NCBI GenBank assembly: GCA_050260375.1
Contig: JBLNCA010000037.1
Location: 229,527 to 293,526, forward strand
DNA length: 64,000 nucleotides
DNA from: Burkholderiales bacterium
Lineage (GTDB): Bacteria; Bacillota; Clostridia; Christensenellales; SZUA-584
Direction: 5' to 3'
Both the position numbers and the translations under genes were made by a program. How positions within the stretch are numbered: position 1 is the first letter of the stretch; each line of letters begins with the position of its first letter. Positions 9,079-18,871 of this stretch are shown here, one piece after another. The notes under the pieces were generated by a model. It searched no databases. It was not told the origin of the DNA and worked only from the letters and a program-made list of their open reading frames with translations.

Positions 9079-10354
9079 CAGAACCTTCCTCCGTTTCTGT
9101 TTTATTGGGTGCAGGCTCAGCCTGCTTTGCGAACGCACCTGCGTCCTGTAATTTGGTCATCGCACCGTTGATAAGGTAGAGATCGCCTCCAAACTCCGCT
9201 GGAATGCGATCAAGGTTTTCCAGCTCACGGATATCGTTTGCGCTCATCCACCCGTTCTGCCTTGCGGTTGCATATCCGCTCATGCGGGAAACATAGTCGC
9301 CTCGAAGCAAGCCGTCTACATTAAACTTAATGAATACGATTGGCTTTTCGCTTTCCATAAGCAGGGCACGACACATGGACTGCTCCCAGCGCACTACCCA
9401 CGGATCAAGCGTGTACTTTACAAACTCAAGCGACTGTTGCTCGATGTTGCTGAATGAGGATTTCTCCAAGTCAGCAAGCATATGAGGCGGCACTCTGAAA
9501 ATACGGGCAATTTCGTTTATCTGAAACTTTCGGGTTTCCAAAAACTGTGCCTGCTCGGGCGAGATGCCTATCGGCTGATACTTCATGCCCTCCTCGAGAA
9601 CAGCCACACGGTGCGCATTTTTCGAGCCTTGGTAGGCAGCGTTCCAGCTTTCCTTGACCTTTTGCGGGTCCTTTATGGTGCCGGGGTGTTCAAGCACACC
9701 GCCCGGTGCTGCTCCGTTTGCGAAAAACTTCGCGCCATATTCCTCAGTCGCAATTGCCAGCCCCACCGCATTTTTCGCCATAGCTATGGGTGAATAACCA
9801 ATAAGTCCGTCAAAGCCTAAGCCCGGTATATGCAAAACTTCGGACGGTGAGAGATATACCTGACTGTCATCGCCAAGAGTAGGCGCATCGTCACTTGTGC
9901 GGGAGTAAAGATAAAACAATCGACCTTTACTGTCGCGGTCAACTGTCATTTTGTTCGGCATGAGAGGATAGAGAGCGATTACCTCACCACGGGCGTTTCG
10001 AATTATCTGTGCATAAGCATTACCCCATAACAAAAGATGACTCATCAGCGTTTCGCGGAACGCAAACGAAGTCATCTCAGGGTTCGGTTCATCATGGAGC
10101 AGTTTATATAAAGGGTGCTTTAAATATTTCTCTTTACCGCCCGAATCATTATATCTGTACACGTGAAGCGGCAGCCCCGCCAAGGTTTCAGATAGTATCC
10201 TCACACAGGAATAAACCGCTGTCATTTGCATGGCTGTATGTTCGTTAACCGGCTTTCCGGCACTTGTGTTTCCGAAAAAGAAGCTGTAGCGGCTACCTAC
10301 AAGTGCATTTTTAGGTTTGTCTCGTGCCTTGAATATTCCTTGTAAGATTCCCAT
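9032..10354 (-). CDS. Portal protein (HK97 family)
   Basis: LLLWGNAY, GYSPI, IARIFRVPP, SNIEQQ motifs. Confidence 0.95.
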   Translation of the reverse strand: MGILQGIFKARDKPKNALVGSRYSFFFGNTSAGKPVNEHTAMQMTAVYSCVRILSETLAGLPLHVYRYNDSGGKEKYLKHPLYKLLHDEPNPEMTSFAFRETLMSHLLLWGNAYAQIIRNARGEVIALYPLMPNKMTVDRDSKGRLFYLYSRTSDDAPTLGDDSQVYLSPSEVLHIPGLGFDGLIGYSPIAMAKNAVGLAIATEEYGAKFFANGAAPGGVLEHPGTIKDPQKVKESWNAAYQGSKNAHRVAVLEEGMKYQPIGISPEQAQFLETRKFQINEIARIFRVPPHMLADLEKSSFSNIEQQSLEFVKYTLDPWVVRWEQSMCRALLMESEKPIVFIKFNVDGLLRGDYVSRMSGYATARQNGWMSANDIRELENLDRIPAEFGGDLYLINGAMTKLQDAGAFAKQAEPAPNKTETEEGSDETNNAGRNASIRTK

Positions 10355-10372
10355 AGACATCACTCTCCTTTG

Positions 10373-11974
10373 CTAAAAAATAAGTAGACCACGTTTATCA
10401 TAAACACTCTCGCCATTGTCGTTTCCGCAACGAATCGCACGGTCGAGTGCCATAATCGTTGCCACAGCGCCATCGATTTTTTCAGTCGATTTTTCTTTAT
10501 CTGCCTTAATATTGCCTGCAGGGTCGGTGCGGATAAAGATGTTGTCCATCATCCAGCGAAGAACAGGATGACCGCCATGAGCAATTTTTTGTTCCAGTGT
10601 CAGTTTCATCAGTTCTTTTGTGGGTGGAGACATATCCTTAAAGCCCTGCCCAAAGGGCACGACTGTAAAGCCAAGACCTTCAAGGTTCTGCACCATCTGT
10701 ACAGCACCCCAGCGGTCAAAGGCTATTTCACGGATGTTATATTTTGTACCGAGTTCCTCGATAAAGGCTTCGATGAAACCGTAATGCACAACATTGCCTT
10801 CAGTTGTTTTGAGGAAACCCTGCTTCTGCCATAAATCATAATTCACATGGTCACGTCGAACACGCAAATCAATGTTGTCCTCCGGCATCCAGAAAAACGG
10901 CAAAACAGTGTATTTATCATCCTCATCGAGCGGCGGAAAGACCAGCACGAAGGCTGTGATATCAGTGGAAGAGGAGAGGTCAAGCCCACCATAGCAAACA
11001 CGCCCTTGCAGGGCTTCCGGGTCAACGGCGAAAGCACAGGCATCCCATTTATCCATTGGCATCCAGCGTACAGACTGTTTTACCCACTGGTTCAGCCGGA
11101 GTTGCCGGAAGCTGTTCTCCTCAGCCGGATTTTGCTTTGCACTCTCACAAGCTGCCTTTACCTTGTCTAATCCTATTGTGATGCCAAGGGAGGGGTTTGC
11201 TTTTTTCCATACCTTTGGATCCGTCCAGTCATCCGTTTCCGCAGCCCCAAAGATTACAGGATAAAATGTTGGATCCGTCTTGCGTCCTGATAGAATATCC
11301 AGTGCTTTTTGATGCACTTCATAACAAATGGAGTTCGTATTGTCGCCAGCAGTTGTAATCAAAAAATATAGTGGCTGCATTCGGGCATCTCCGCTACCTT
11401 TGGTCATCACGTCAAAGAGCTTTCTATTAGGCTGTGTATGCAATTCATCGAAAATAACCCCGTGGGTATTGAATCCATGCTTATTTGCCACGTCCGCGGA
11501 GAGCACCTGATAAGTACTCTCCGTGGGCATATATACAAGGGTTTTTGTCGATTCAGTTATCTTAACCCGCTTTGTTAATGCCGGTGATTTACGCACCATC
11601 GCCACAGCAACCTCAAACACAATCTTTGCTTGGTTCTTATCCGAAGCACAGCTATATACCTTAGCGCGCTGTTCGCCATCGCCACAAGTCAACAAAAGTG
11701 CAACTGCCGCGGCAAGCTCTGACTTTCCATTCTTTTTTGGTATTTCGATATATGCTGTATTAAACTGACGGTAGCCGTTTGGCTTCAGAACACCAAACAC
11801 ATCTCGAATGATCTGTTCCTGCCAATCAATAAGTTCAAAAGGCCGACCGTCCCATATGCCGCTGGTATGACGTAAGGCCTGAATGAAAGCGACAGCATAG
11901 TCGGCGGCTTCCTTGCAGTAAACGGAATCCTTCATCATAAAACGAGTTGGTGTGTATTTCTTTAGTTTTCGTAT
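10373..11974 (-). CDS. terL: Terminase large subunit (probable ATA start at 11974; ORF track starts at 11938)
   Basis: Walker A PKKNGKS, Walker B IFDELH, nuclease GLDLSS and KIDGAVA. Confidence 0.95.
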   Translation of the reverse strand: MRKLKKYTPTRFMMKDSVYCKEAADYAVAFIQALRHTSGIWDGRPFELIDWQEQIIRDVFGVLKPNGYRQFNTAYIEIPKKNGKSELAAAVALLLTCGDGEQRAKVYSCASDKNQAKIVFEVAVAMVRKSPALTKRVKITESTKTLVYMPTESTYQVLSADVANKHGFNTHGVIFDELHTQPNRKLFDVMTKGSGDARMQPLYFLITTAGDNTNSICYEVHQKALDILSGRKTDPTFYPVIFGAAETDDWTDPKVWKKANPSLGITIGLDKVKAACESAKQNPAEENSFRQLRLNQWVKQSVRWMPMDKWDACAFAVDPEALQGRVCYGGLDLSSSTDITAFVLVFPPLDEDDKYTVLPFFWMPEDNIDLRVRRDHVNYDLWQKQGFLKTTEGNVVHYGFIEAFIEELGTKYNIREIAFDRWGAVQMVQNLEGLGFTVVPFGQGFKDMSPPTKELMKLTLEQKIAHGGHPVLRWMMDNIFIRTDPAGNIKADKEKSTEKIDGAVATIMALDRAIRCGNDNGESVYDKRGLLIF

Positions 11975-12092
11975 ATCAGCCGCCTCCTTTCAAAATGGCA
12001 TAAAAAATGACCTGCCACAGGCAAGCCTTCTAAAAATGTCTGCACGAGAGACAGCCCCTTTCGGGGTGTTCTCGGCTGTTTTCGATTTTAGG

Positions 12093-12257
12093 TTAGGGTT
12101 TTTCCGTTAGTTCGCCATCCACTAAAATATATCGGTGTTCGCATCCCTGCGCGTCCTTGGCAATAATCCGCAACTCTCCGTTTTCAAAAGCGTTGTAAAC
12201 CTTCACGAAAGTGTATCCGTCGCCAAGCTGCTCGTCGATGAGTTTTCGGTAGTCCAT
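12093..12257 (-). CDS. 54-aa hypothetical protein (moron; absent from ORF track)
   Basis: RBS AAAGGAG then ATG; MDYRKLIDEQLGDGYTFVKVYNAFENGELRIIAKDAQGCEHRYILVDGELTEKP*. Confidence 0.65.
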   Translation of the reverse strand: MDYRKLIDEQLGDGYTFVKVYNAFENGELRIIAKDAQGCEHRYILVDGELTEKP

Positions 12258-12285
12258 GCTTTTCTCCTTTCTTTTAATGTTTGGC

Positions 12286-12498
12286 TTAATCGAGGTTCAC
12301 AAGACCGTTTTTGTGCTGCGAGACCTCGGCGGGATTAATATCGACCGGCTCGCACATGGCTGCGCTTGCAAGCCATTTGGTGCCGTCGTTCCAAAGCGGG
12401 CGGAGTATTGGGTCGCCCGTGACTTCATGGAAACCGACGATCTTGGCGAGAATGCCGTGGTTGCGAACCGTCTGGTTCAGATGAAGTTGGTTTGTCAT
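12286..12498 (-). CDS. Small hypothetical protein (moron)
   Basis: RBS AAGGAGG before ATG 12498 (MTNQLHLNQTVRNHG...). Confidence 0.6.
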   Translation of the reverse strand: MTNQLHLNQTVRNHGILAKIVGFHEVTGDPILRPLWNDGTKWLASAAMCEPVDINPAEVSQHKNGLVNLD

Positions 12499-12651
12499 GT
12501 TGATGTCCTCCTTATAAGTGTGTTTTCCCTTGCGGTAGGTTACATATAGCCATAGAAAACACAGCATAGCAAGGCAATTACACGATATAAATCGGCATAT
12601 ACTACACAAGCTTTGTTGCTCGTAAAACTACTGTAATTGTGTATTTTTCAA

Positions 12652-12876
12652 TTAAATTTTCCGGCATATATCCTCGCCATATACGATATGAAGCGTGCTG
12701 CCGTTGTCCCATGAAACCATTATGCTTCCAATGTCATCCACGCCCGTGACCGTTCCTTTAGTACCAATAGGAGGAGCTTGTATGTCATCCATTTTTATCA
12801 GTTCCACACGGCACCCGAAGGGATATTGAGCGCGGATACGTTCGACGGTTTCTCTTGAAGGAAATCTATTGCTCAT
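12652..12876 (-). CDS. DUF4314-like protein
   Basis: YPFGCRVELIKMDD...GTVTGVDDIG...WDNGSTL pattern. Confidence 0.75.
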   Translation of the reverse strand: MSNRFPSRETVERIRAQYPFGCRVELIKMDDIQAPPIGTKGTVTGVDDIGSIMVSWDNGSTLHIVYGEDICRKI

Positions 12877-13555
12877 CACCTGTACCACCTTTCGGAGTTT
12901 TGAATGCGCTGCTGCCGGGGAGGTTTTTCAGCAGGATTTTTCTGCTAACCTTGTATTCGTCACCAATAAAGCCGAGGGAGAGCAGCCAGCAGCGCATGGC
13001 GTACTTTGGATTATCAACCTCACGTTCTTTGGCACTGACTCGCTGCTTTTCTTTTGCCGTTTCACAGAGCTTCGTTATTAATGTGGTATAAGCGTGAACC
13101 GAATCGCTGTCTAAATTTCCTTTGAACCACGGGAATCGGAGAGTGTTTTCTGTCTGCTGAATGGGCAAATCGGGGGCACCTAATGCTGCTTTGAGTAACG
13201 ATTCCTTTGCGGTGACCAGTTTAGCAAGGTTATCAAGTTTTTCAGGAGTGAACCCTGTCAGCGGCATCTCAATAACAAGCTTGTCGTCATCATTGGTGTC
13301 ACTGCCGTCCTTTTCTGCTTCAAAGCCCAATTCATGCAGCCGCTCTATGAGGTTTTCGATTTCCACGCTATCACTACGGTTATCAAAGACAACGGTGCCG
13401 TTTTTATCAACAGTGAAATAATCAATCTCGTAAGCGAAGCTCGGTGCACCCAAATATTTAGGTTCAGCTTCCAAAATGTCGCCCATTGCCCGAACGAGAC
13501 GCTCGCGCTCGTCGCCGGTAATGTTATACCGGACTTCAAATGTGTTTTGTTCCAT
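12866..13555 (-). CDS. Phage 'virulence-related' family hypothetical protein
   Basis: YLGAPSFAYEI, FPWF, NPKYAMRCWLLSLGFIGDEYK...LLKNLPGSSAF. Confidence 0.7.
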   Translation of the reverse strand: MEQNTFEVRYNITGDERERLVRAMGDILEAEPKYLGAPSFAYEIDYFTVDKNGTVVFDNRSDSVEIENLIERLHELGFEAEKDGSDTNDDDKLVIEMPLTGFTPEKLDNLAKLVTAKESLLKAALGAPDLPIQQTENTLRFPWFKGNLDSDSVHAYTTLITKLCETAKEKQRVSAKEREVDNPKYAMRCWLLSLGFIGDEYKVSRKILLKNLPGSSAFKTPKGGTGDEQ

Positions 13556-13622
13556 GCACTTACCACCTTTCTGCGTTCTACGCAGGTCATATAGAGCCAT
13601 AAAATCTGTAGAATAGCAAGCG

Positions 13623-14852
13623 TTATTCTACAGACTTTTTGACATCTCTATATGCAGTTTTTTGTGTATCGCGCATAAGGTAAACGTCGGTATCTGAGCC
13701 TTTTTGCTCGATGTACCGTTTCACGATAACATCGGCATAGCGCTCATCAAGCTCCATCGTATAGCAAATGCGTCCTGTCTGCTCGCAGGCAATGAGAGTA
13801 CTGCCGCTGCCCCCGAATGGGTCAAGCACAATGTTGTTTGTCAGCGAGCTGTTCATAATTGGATAGGCGCACAGTGCCACAGGTTTCATAGTAGGATGAT
13901 GCTTGCTTTTTGTTGGACGATCAAAGTTCCATGTCGTTCGCTGTTTACGGTCGGCGTACCAGTTGTGGCCGGCTGTTGGTTTCCAGCCCACAAGAATAGG
14001 CTCATGGTTGTATTGATAATCGCAGCGCCCCAAGACCGGTGTATTCTTTATCCATATACAGGTCTGATGACAGAAGAAGCCTGCTTCCGTAAATGCTGTC
14101 CTGAAATTGACTGTCTCACGATCAGCGTGGAAAACATAAATGCCGCCACCGTCTACCAACGCATCATACATACACCGATATGCCGAGAGCAGGAATGCGC
14201 GGAACTTGGTACTTTCCATATTGTCATTTTTAAGTTTTCCCGCAGTGCCTTTATAGTCCACGTTGTATGGTGGGTCAGTAATCACGAGATTTGCTTGCTG
14301 ACCGTTCAGCAGCTTTTTATATGTTTCCGCTTTCGTAGCATCGCCGCAGATAAGGCGGTGCCGTCCAAGCAGCCAGATGTCTCCCTGCTTGGAAACTGGT
14401 GTTTCAGGTAATGGCTCGTCAAAATCATCCTCTTTGATACCTCCGACTATACTATCCCTGAATAACGCATCCATCTCTGCAGCATCGAAACCCGTAAGAG
14501 ATACATCAAAGCCACTTGCACCGATATCCTTCAAAAGGTCGGTCAAAAGCGGGATATCGAACTCGCCAGATATCTTGTTGAGCGCCACATTTAAGGCTTT
14601 TTCCTTTTGCTCATCGATGTCCAGCACCACGCAATCCACAACGGTATATCCGAGTGCCACCAATACCTTGTACCGTTGATGGCCACCGACAATATTGCCC
14701 GTGCGTTTATTCCATATGATAGGCTCAACATAACCGAACTCCTCAATGGAGCGGCGTAGCTTTTCATATTCAGCATCACCGGGTTTAAGGTCTTTTCGCG
14801 GATTGTATGCTGAAGGGTTTAACTTCTCAATTGATAATTTCTGTATATCCAT
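13623..14852 (-). CDS. ParB-like domain fused to beta-class DNA methyltransferase (DPPY; likely m6A)
   Basis: VGGHQR ParB-like motif; TDPPY; HPTMKP; DPFGGSGST. Confidence 0.9.
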   Translation of the reverse strand: MDIQKLSIEKLNPSAYNPRKDLKPGDAEYEKLRRSIEEFGYVEPIIWNKRTGNIVGGHQRYKVLVALGYTVVDCVVLDIDEQKEKALNVALNKISGEFDIPLLTDLLKDIGASGFDVSLTGFDAAEMDALFRDSIVGGIKEDDFDEPLPETPVSKQGDIWLLGRHRLICGDATKAETYKKLLNGQQANLVITDPPYNVDYKGTAGKLKNDNMESTKFRAFLLSAYRCMYDALVDGGGIYVFHADRETVNFRTAFTEAGFFCHQTCIWIKNTPVLGRCDYQYNHEPILVGWKPTAGHNWYADRKQRTTWNFDRPTKSKHHPTMKPVALCAYPIMNSSLTNNIVLDPFGGSGSTLIACEQTGRICYTMELDERYADVIVKRYIEQKGSDTDVYLMRDTQKTAYRDVKKSVE

Positions 14853-14853
14853 A

Positions 14854-16152
14854 TCATACCTCCAGCTTTACAGCAGTCCCACCGGTGAATGTTTCCCAGC
14901 GCTTTACGATGAGGTCACAATATACCGGCGAAATTTCCATCGCATAGCACCTGCGTTCGGTCTGTTCACAGGCGATGAGCGTCGTTCCACAGCCCGCGAA
15001 AGGTTCAAGTACCACACCGCCACGGTCAGAATGCATTTTAATGCATCGCCACGGCAACTCGACAGGAAACATAGCAGGGTGATCTTTATTGGCTCGCACA
15101 GTAGATATTTCCCAAATACCGGCATAGCCCCATTTTTTACGTTCATCCTTGGTAAGACGCTTCACAAACTTATATGAATGACCGGCGAATGCCGAAACCC
15201 AGGCATACTCTTGGTCGTTGTATTCATCAGTTTCCTGCGCAGCCAGCGCCGTGATATATTCGTACTGCTGCACCGGTTTATTTGTCACAAGGTGATAGGG
15301 CGCGTTGCCGAAATTCATACCTTGCTTTTTCCAAATGCGAATCCAGATAGGACGAAAGCCATTGTCAGCAAATAGCCCAATGCTATACATTTCGGTTGGT
15401 TCAATAAACTGGGTGCCTGTGGCATATAGGTCTCCGATGTTCCAACAGACGATATCTGCATTTTTACAGATGTTCTTTATAGCGGGGCGCATCGTTTCAA
15501 ACCACGGTTCGATCCCGGCTTTTTCATATTCTTTTCCGACGCCGTATGGAGGAGAGGTAACTGCGCACTGAGCGTGGGCACCGTTCATCAGATGGTCAAA
15601 ATCCACCTCGCTGGTACTGTCGCCGCACAAAAGCCGATGCTGTCCAAGCAGCCAGATATCTCCTGTATGAGTTCGTGTTTCGCCAGCAGCTTCAATGGCT
15701 TCCTTTTCTTTGCCTACGTCGAAGTCATCCTGTATAGCTTCCTTCGAGTAAAATTTATTTAGGAGCGCGTCTACTTCGTCAGCATCAAAACCTGTTAGGG
15801 ATACATCAAATGTAGATGCGTCAAACTCTGCCATGAGCGAAGCCAGCTTTGATTCGTCCCAATCGCCCTGTATTTTATTAAGTGCAAGGTTAAGTGCCTT
15901 TTCACGTTTGTCATCAAGCTCAACAATCACGCAGTCGATTTCCGTCTGCCCAAGGTCGAGTAGCACTTTCAACCGCTGGTGACCTCCAACCACGTTACCG
16001 GTGGTCTTATTCCAGATGATCGGTTCCACATAACCGAACTCCGCAATAGAGCGCTTGAGCTTTTCGTATCCCTTGTCACCCGGCTTCAGGTCTTTTCGTG
16101 GGTTATATGCAGCTGGATTGAGCTTTGCCACGGGTATCTTTTCAATCAGCAT
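14854..16152 (-). CDS. ParB-like domain fused to beta-class DNA methyltransferase (SPPY; likely m4C)
   Basis: VGGHQR; TSPPY; HPAMFP; EPFAGCGTT. Confidence 0.9.
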   Translation of the reverse strand: MLIEKIPVAKLNPAAYNPRKDLKPGDKGYEKLKRSIAEFGYVEPIIWNKTTGNVVGGHQRLKVLLDLGQTEIDCVIVELDDKREKALNLALNKIQGDWDESKLASLMAEFDASTFDVSLTGFDADEVDALLNKFYSKEAIQDDFDVGKEKEAIEAAGETRTHTGDIWLLGQHRLLCGDSTSEVDFDHLMNGAHAQCAVTSPPYGVGKEYEKAGIEPWFETMRPAIKNICKNADIVCWNIGDLYATGTQFIEPTEMYSIGLFADNGFRPIWIRIWKKQGMNFGNAPYHLVTNKPVQQYEYITALAAQETDEYNDQEYAWVSAFAGHSYKFVKRLTKDERKKWGYAGIWEISTVRANKDHPAMFPVELPWRCIKMHSDRGGVVLEPFAGCGTTLIACEQTERRCYAMEISPVYCDLIVKRWETFTGGTAVKLEV

Positions 16153-17305
16153 ATTTCTCAGCCGCCTTTCTTAACTCCTTATAACAATCCACGTTTTCCC
16201 ACGGAAAGAGACAGGAATTGAAATGACCATATGCCGCCGTGCTTTCATATATGGCTGTACGCAAACGCAGCTTTTCAATGATAGCGGCAGGGCGCAAATT
16301 AAAGACTTCCTGCACAATCAAGGTAAGTTGTTCATCTGTCAATTTGCTTGTTCCAAATGAAGTGACCGCTGCTGCCACGGGATTTGCTTTACCGATGGCA
16401 TAAGAAAGAGCGACCTCGCATCTTTCAGCTAAGTCGCTCCACACAATGTTCTTCGCGATATACCGTGCCATATATGCACCGCTGCGGTCAACCTTCGTCG
16501 GATCTTTGCCGCAAAGGGCTCCGCCGCCGTGAGACGCAAGACCACCATAAGTATCCACCATGATTTTTCTGCCCGTCAGTCCTGTGTCAGCAGCGGGGCC
16601 GCCCTCTACGAAACGCCCGCTGGGGTTAATGAGTATTTCGGTATCATCGTCCATTGGGAAATCCTCAAAGCATTGCCACAAGACATTATTCATAATATCC
16701 GTGCGCAGCTGCTCCTGCGTTCTATTCGCCTCATGCTGAACAGAAATCACCACAGCTTTCACACGTTTGGGTTTACCATCTTCATATTCGACAGTAACCT
16801 GACACTTGCCGTCCGGTAGAATGCCTTTGATGAGTTTACCTTCGCGGCATTCATCAATGCGCTTGGCAATGCGATGCGAGAGCACTAGCGGCAAAGGCAA
16901 ATACTCTCGCGTTTCCTTTGTTGCGTACCCGTATACTGTGCCTTGGTCACCTGCGCCGACAGATCCGTAAGGATCACATATGCCGTTTCGCGCTTCAATT
17001 GCCGTATCCACACCGGCTGCGATATCCGCACTCTGTCGATGAACGAATACGAACACAGTAAACTTCCAAGGATTATACCCGACCTCGCGCAGGACATTTC
17101 GCACGATAAACCGAATATCTACTTTTTCGCTACAGGTGATTTCGCCCGCTACGATAATTTTGCCCTTAGTCGCCATAACCTCGCAAGCTACGCGAGAAGC
17201 TCTGTCCTTTCTGAGACAAGCATCCAAGATATTGTCAGCAATCAAATCGCAGAGCTTATCCGGATGCCCTTTGCATACACTTTCTGCTGTTTTGTAAGTT
17301 GTCAT
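16142..17305 (-). CDS. metK: S-adenosylmethionine synthetase
   Basis: GHPDKLCD, GAGDQG, GLTGRKI, GKDPTKVDRS. Confidence 0.95.
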   Translation of the reverse strand: MTTYKTAESVCKGHPDKLCDLIADNILDACLRKDRASRVACEVMATKGKIIVAGEITCSEKVDIRFIVRNVLREVGYNPWKFTVFVFVHRQSADIAAGVDTAIEARNGICDPYGSVGAGDQGTVYGYATKETREYLPLPLVLSHRIAKRIDECREGKLIKGILPDGKCQVTVEYEDGKPKRVKAVVISVQHEANRTQEQLRTDIMNNVLWQCFEDFPMDDDTEILINPSGRFVEGGPAADTGLTGRKIMVDTYGGLASHGGGALCGKDPTKVDRSGAYMARYIAKNIVWSDLAERCEVALSYAIGKANPVAAAVTSFGTSKLTDEQLTLIVQEVFNLRPAAIIEKLRLRTAIYESTAAYGHFNSCLFPWENVDCYKELRKAAEKYAD

Positions 17306-17323
17306 TTCACATTCCTCCGTTTA

Positions 17324-17878
17324 TTATAGTGCGCCCCGACGGGCATTGAGCAACTTTTCCATTGCATCGTCTTGAGGTGTTACACCGCGATATTCTGTTG
17401 TGCAGTTTTCCCGTACCACCTGATAAATCTGGAACCAGATGTTGTTGGCCTGCTTCATGAAATTTTGAGACATTGAAACATAGGGGGACGGAATAGCATT
17501 GCCGGTGGTGGGGTGCTTAGCAAGGAAGCCAAACTCGCTGATTGCCTGCTCGCACTGGATCCACCGTGCCACACTCTGAGCGTATTGTTCGATAAGCTGA
17601 GTAGTTACTAACTGTGCGCACCCTCGCTCCTTGAGCCATTGCCATGTATTGTTGAAAATTTCTGCCGCCAGTGTTGTGGAACCGTCTTTCTGTTTCGCGG
17701 TAAGATAGCCTCTTGGTTTTGGCATTGATTCTCCGGTAAGCTCCGTCATGTCTGTAAAGTCCATGATGGTCAACTTTCGATTACCGGGATTGCCATCTAA
17801 AATTTTGTCGGCGAGGGCTTTCTTTTTTTGCCCTGAGCCGATTCTTGCACCACCTCTGTTGGTGCCGTCTTTTGCCAT
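17324..17878 (-). CDS. terS: Terminase small subunit (P27 family)
   Basis: RGGARIGSG, GNPGNRKL, HPTTGNAIPSPYV; next to the HNH gene. Confidence 0.8.
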   Translation of the reverse strand: MAKDGTNRGGARIGSGQKKKALADKILDGNPGNRKLTIMDFTDMTELTGESMPKPRGYLTAKQKDGSTTLAAEIFNNTWQWLKERGCAQLVTTQLIEQYAQSVARWIQCEQAISEFGFLAKHPTTGNAIPSPYVSMSQNFMKQANNIWFQIYQVVRENCTTEYRGVTPQDDAMEKLLNARRGAL

Positions 17879-17972
17879 ACTCATCACACTCCTTGTCCAG
17901 TGGGGGATATTAGCCGTTTGAAACTGCGATTTCTCGCACGAAGCCCCACGCCGCTGTCCGCTTTCAATAGTT

Positions 17973-18338
17973 TTAGAGATCTGACCGCCCCCACCTGTCG
18001 CCGCTCTCTGCAGTAATGCGTGAGTGACACGACTTGCACAGCGACATGAGATTACTCACATCATTTGTTCCTCCGTGACTGAGCGGGAGAATATGGTGTA
18101 CCTCTTCAGCGGGGGTTAAGCGATCAGCTTTTTTACACTCCTCACATAGCGGGTGTGCCTTGATGTAACGGTCGCGTATGCGTTTCCATGCACGACCATA
18201 TCTTTTGTTGGTTTCAGGCTCGCGCTGGAAATGATTATAGTGGCGCGTTGCCTGCCGTTGATGTTCCACACAATACAAACCATCCGTCAGTTTTGGACAA
18301 CTGGGGTATCGACACGGCCGCTTCGGTTTCTTTGGCAT
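17973..18338 (-). CDS. Packaging-associated HNH endonuclease
   Basis: PLCEEC...VHHILP...NLMSLCKSCH. Confidence 0.9.
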   Translation of the reverse strand: MPKKPKRPCRYPSCPKLTDGLYCVEHQRQATRHYNHFQREPETNKRYGRAWKRIRDRYIKAHPLCEECKKADRLTPAEEVHHILPLSHGGTNDVSNLMSLCKSCHSRITAESGDRWGRSDL

Positions 18339-18358
18339 AGGGTCACCTCCTTGGGCAT

Positions 18359-18394
18359 AACAAAAGCCCCGGGGGATTTTCCCTCGAGGCTCTG
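18359..18394 (-). terminator. Hairpin with T-tract downstream of the putative late promoter
   Basis: Minus strand AGCCTCGAGGG-AAAAT-CCCCCGGGGCT-TTTGTT. Confidence 0.45.
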
Positions 18395-18412
18395 CTTTAT
18401 TCTGGTTTCCTA

Positions 18413-18454
18413 AGTATATACTATCACAAAGGGGTACATGACAAACAGTGACAT
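18413..18454 (-). promoter_or_regulatory. Putative late promoter with TGTCA direct repeats
   Basis: TGTCA at 18453-18449 and 18443-18439 (10-bp period), TATACT at 18418-18413, directly after the activator-like gene. Confidence 0.5.
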
Positions 18455-18871
18455 TTACTGCTGAGTTTGCGGAACTGTAATGTTTTCTATTGCTTCATCG
18501 TGAAGTCGGTATACATGGCGCACATTATAGCCCATGTCAACAGCTATTTGCTCCCAAGTCTTGAAGCAGAGGTAGCGCAGCTCCAGCAGCGTCTGATGCT
18601 CTGTGTTATCCACGTTTTTGATGAGCCTGACCATTTCGCGCTTCAGGTCAACGAGCCGATTGATGTCACGGTTGATTTCCGCTTGCAAGTCGATTATCTT
18701 TGCCACAGCATCGGCCATCGTTGATGTACTACGATTTGGATTGCGAGGCATGCCCGTTAGGGTGTAGGTGCATTTCGTAGCCAGTTCATTTAGCGAAGCA
18801 ATCTGCTCTAGCTTGGAATTTATACGCTGGTCGAGCCTATATGCCTGCACGAGATATGCTTTAACAGTCAT
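18455..18871 (-). CDS. RinA/ArpU/DUF1492-like late transcriptional activator
   Basis: LELRYLCFKTWEQIAVDMGYNVRHVYRLH C-terminal HTH; position before HNH/terS. Confidence 0.8.
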   Translation of the reverse strand: MTVKAYLVQAYRLDQRINSKLEQIASLNELATKCTYTLTGMPRNPNRSTSTMADAVAKIIDLQAEINRDINRLVDLKREMVRLIKNVDNTEHQTLLELRYLCFKTWEQIAVDMGYNVRHVYRLHDEAIENITVPQTQQ

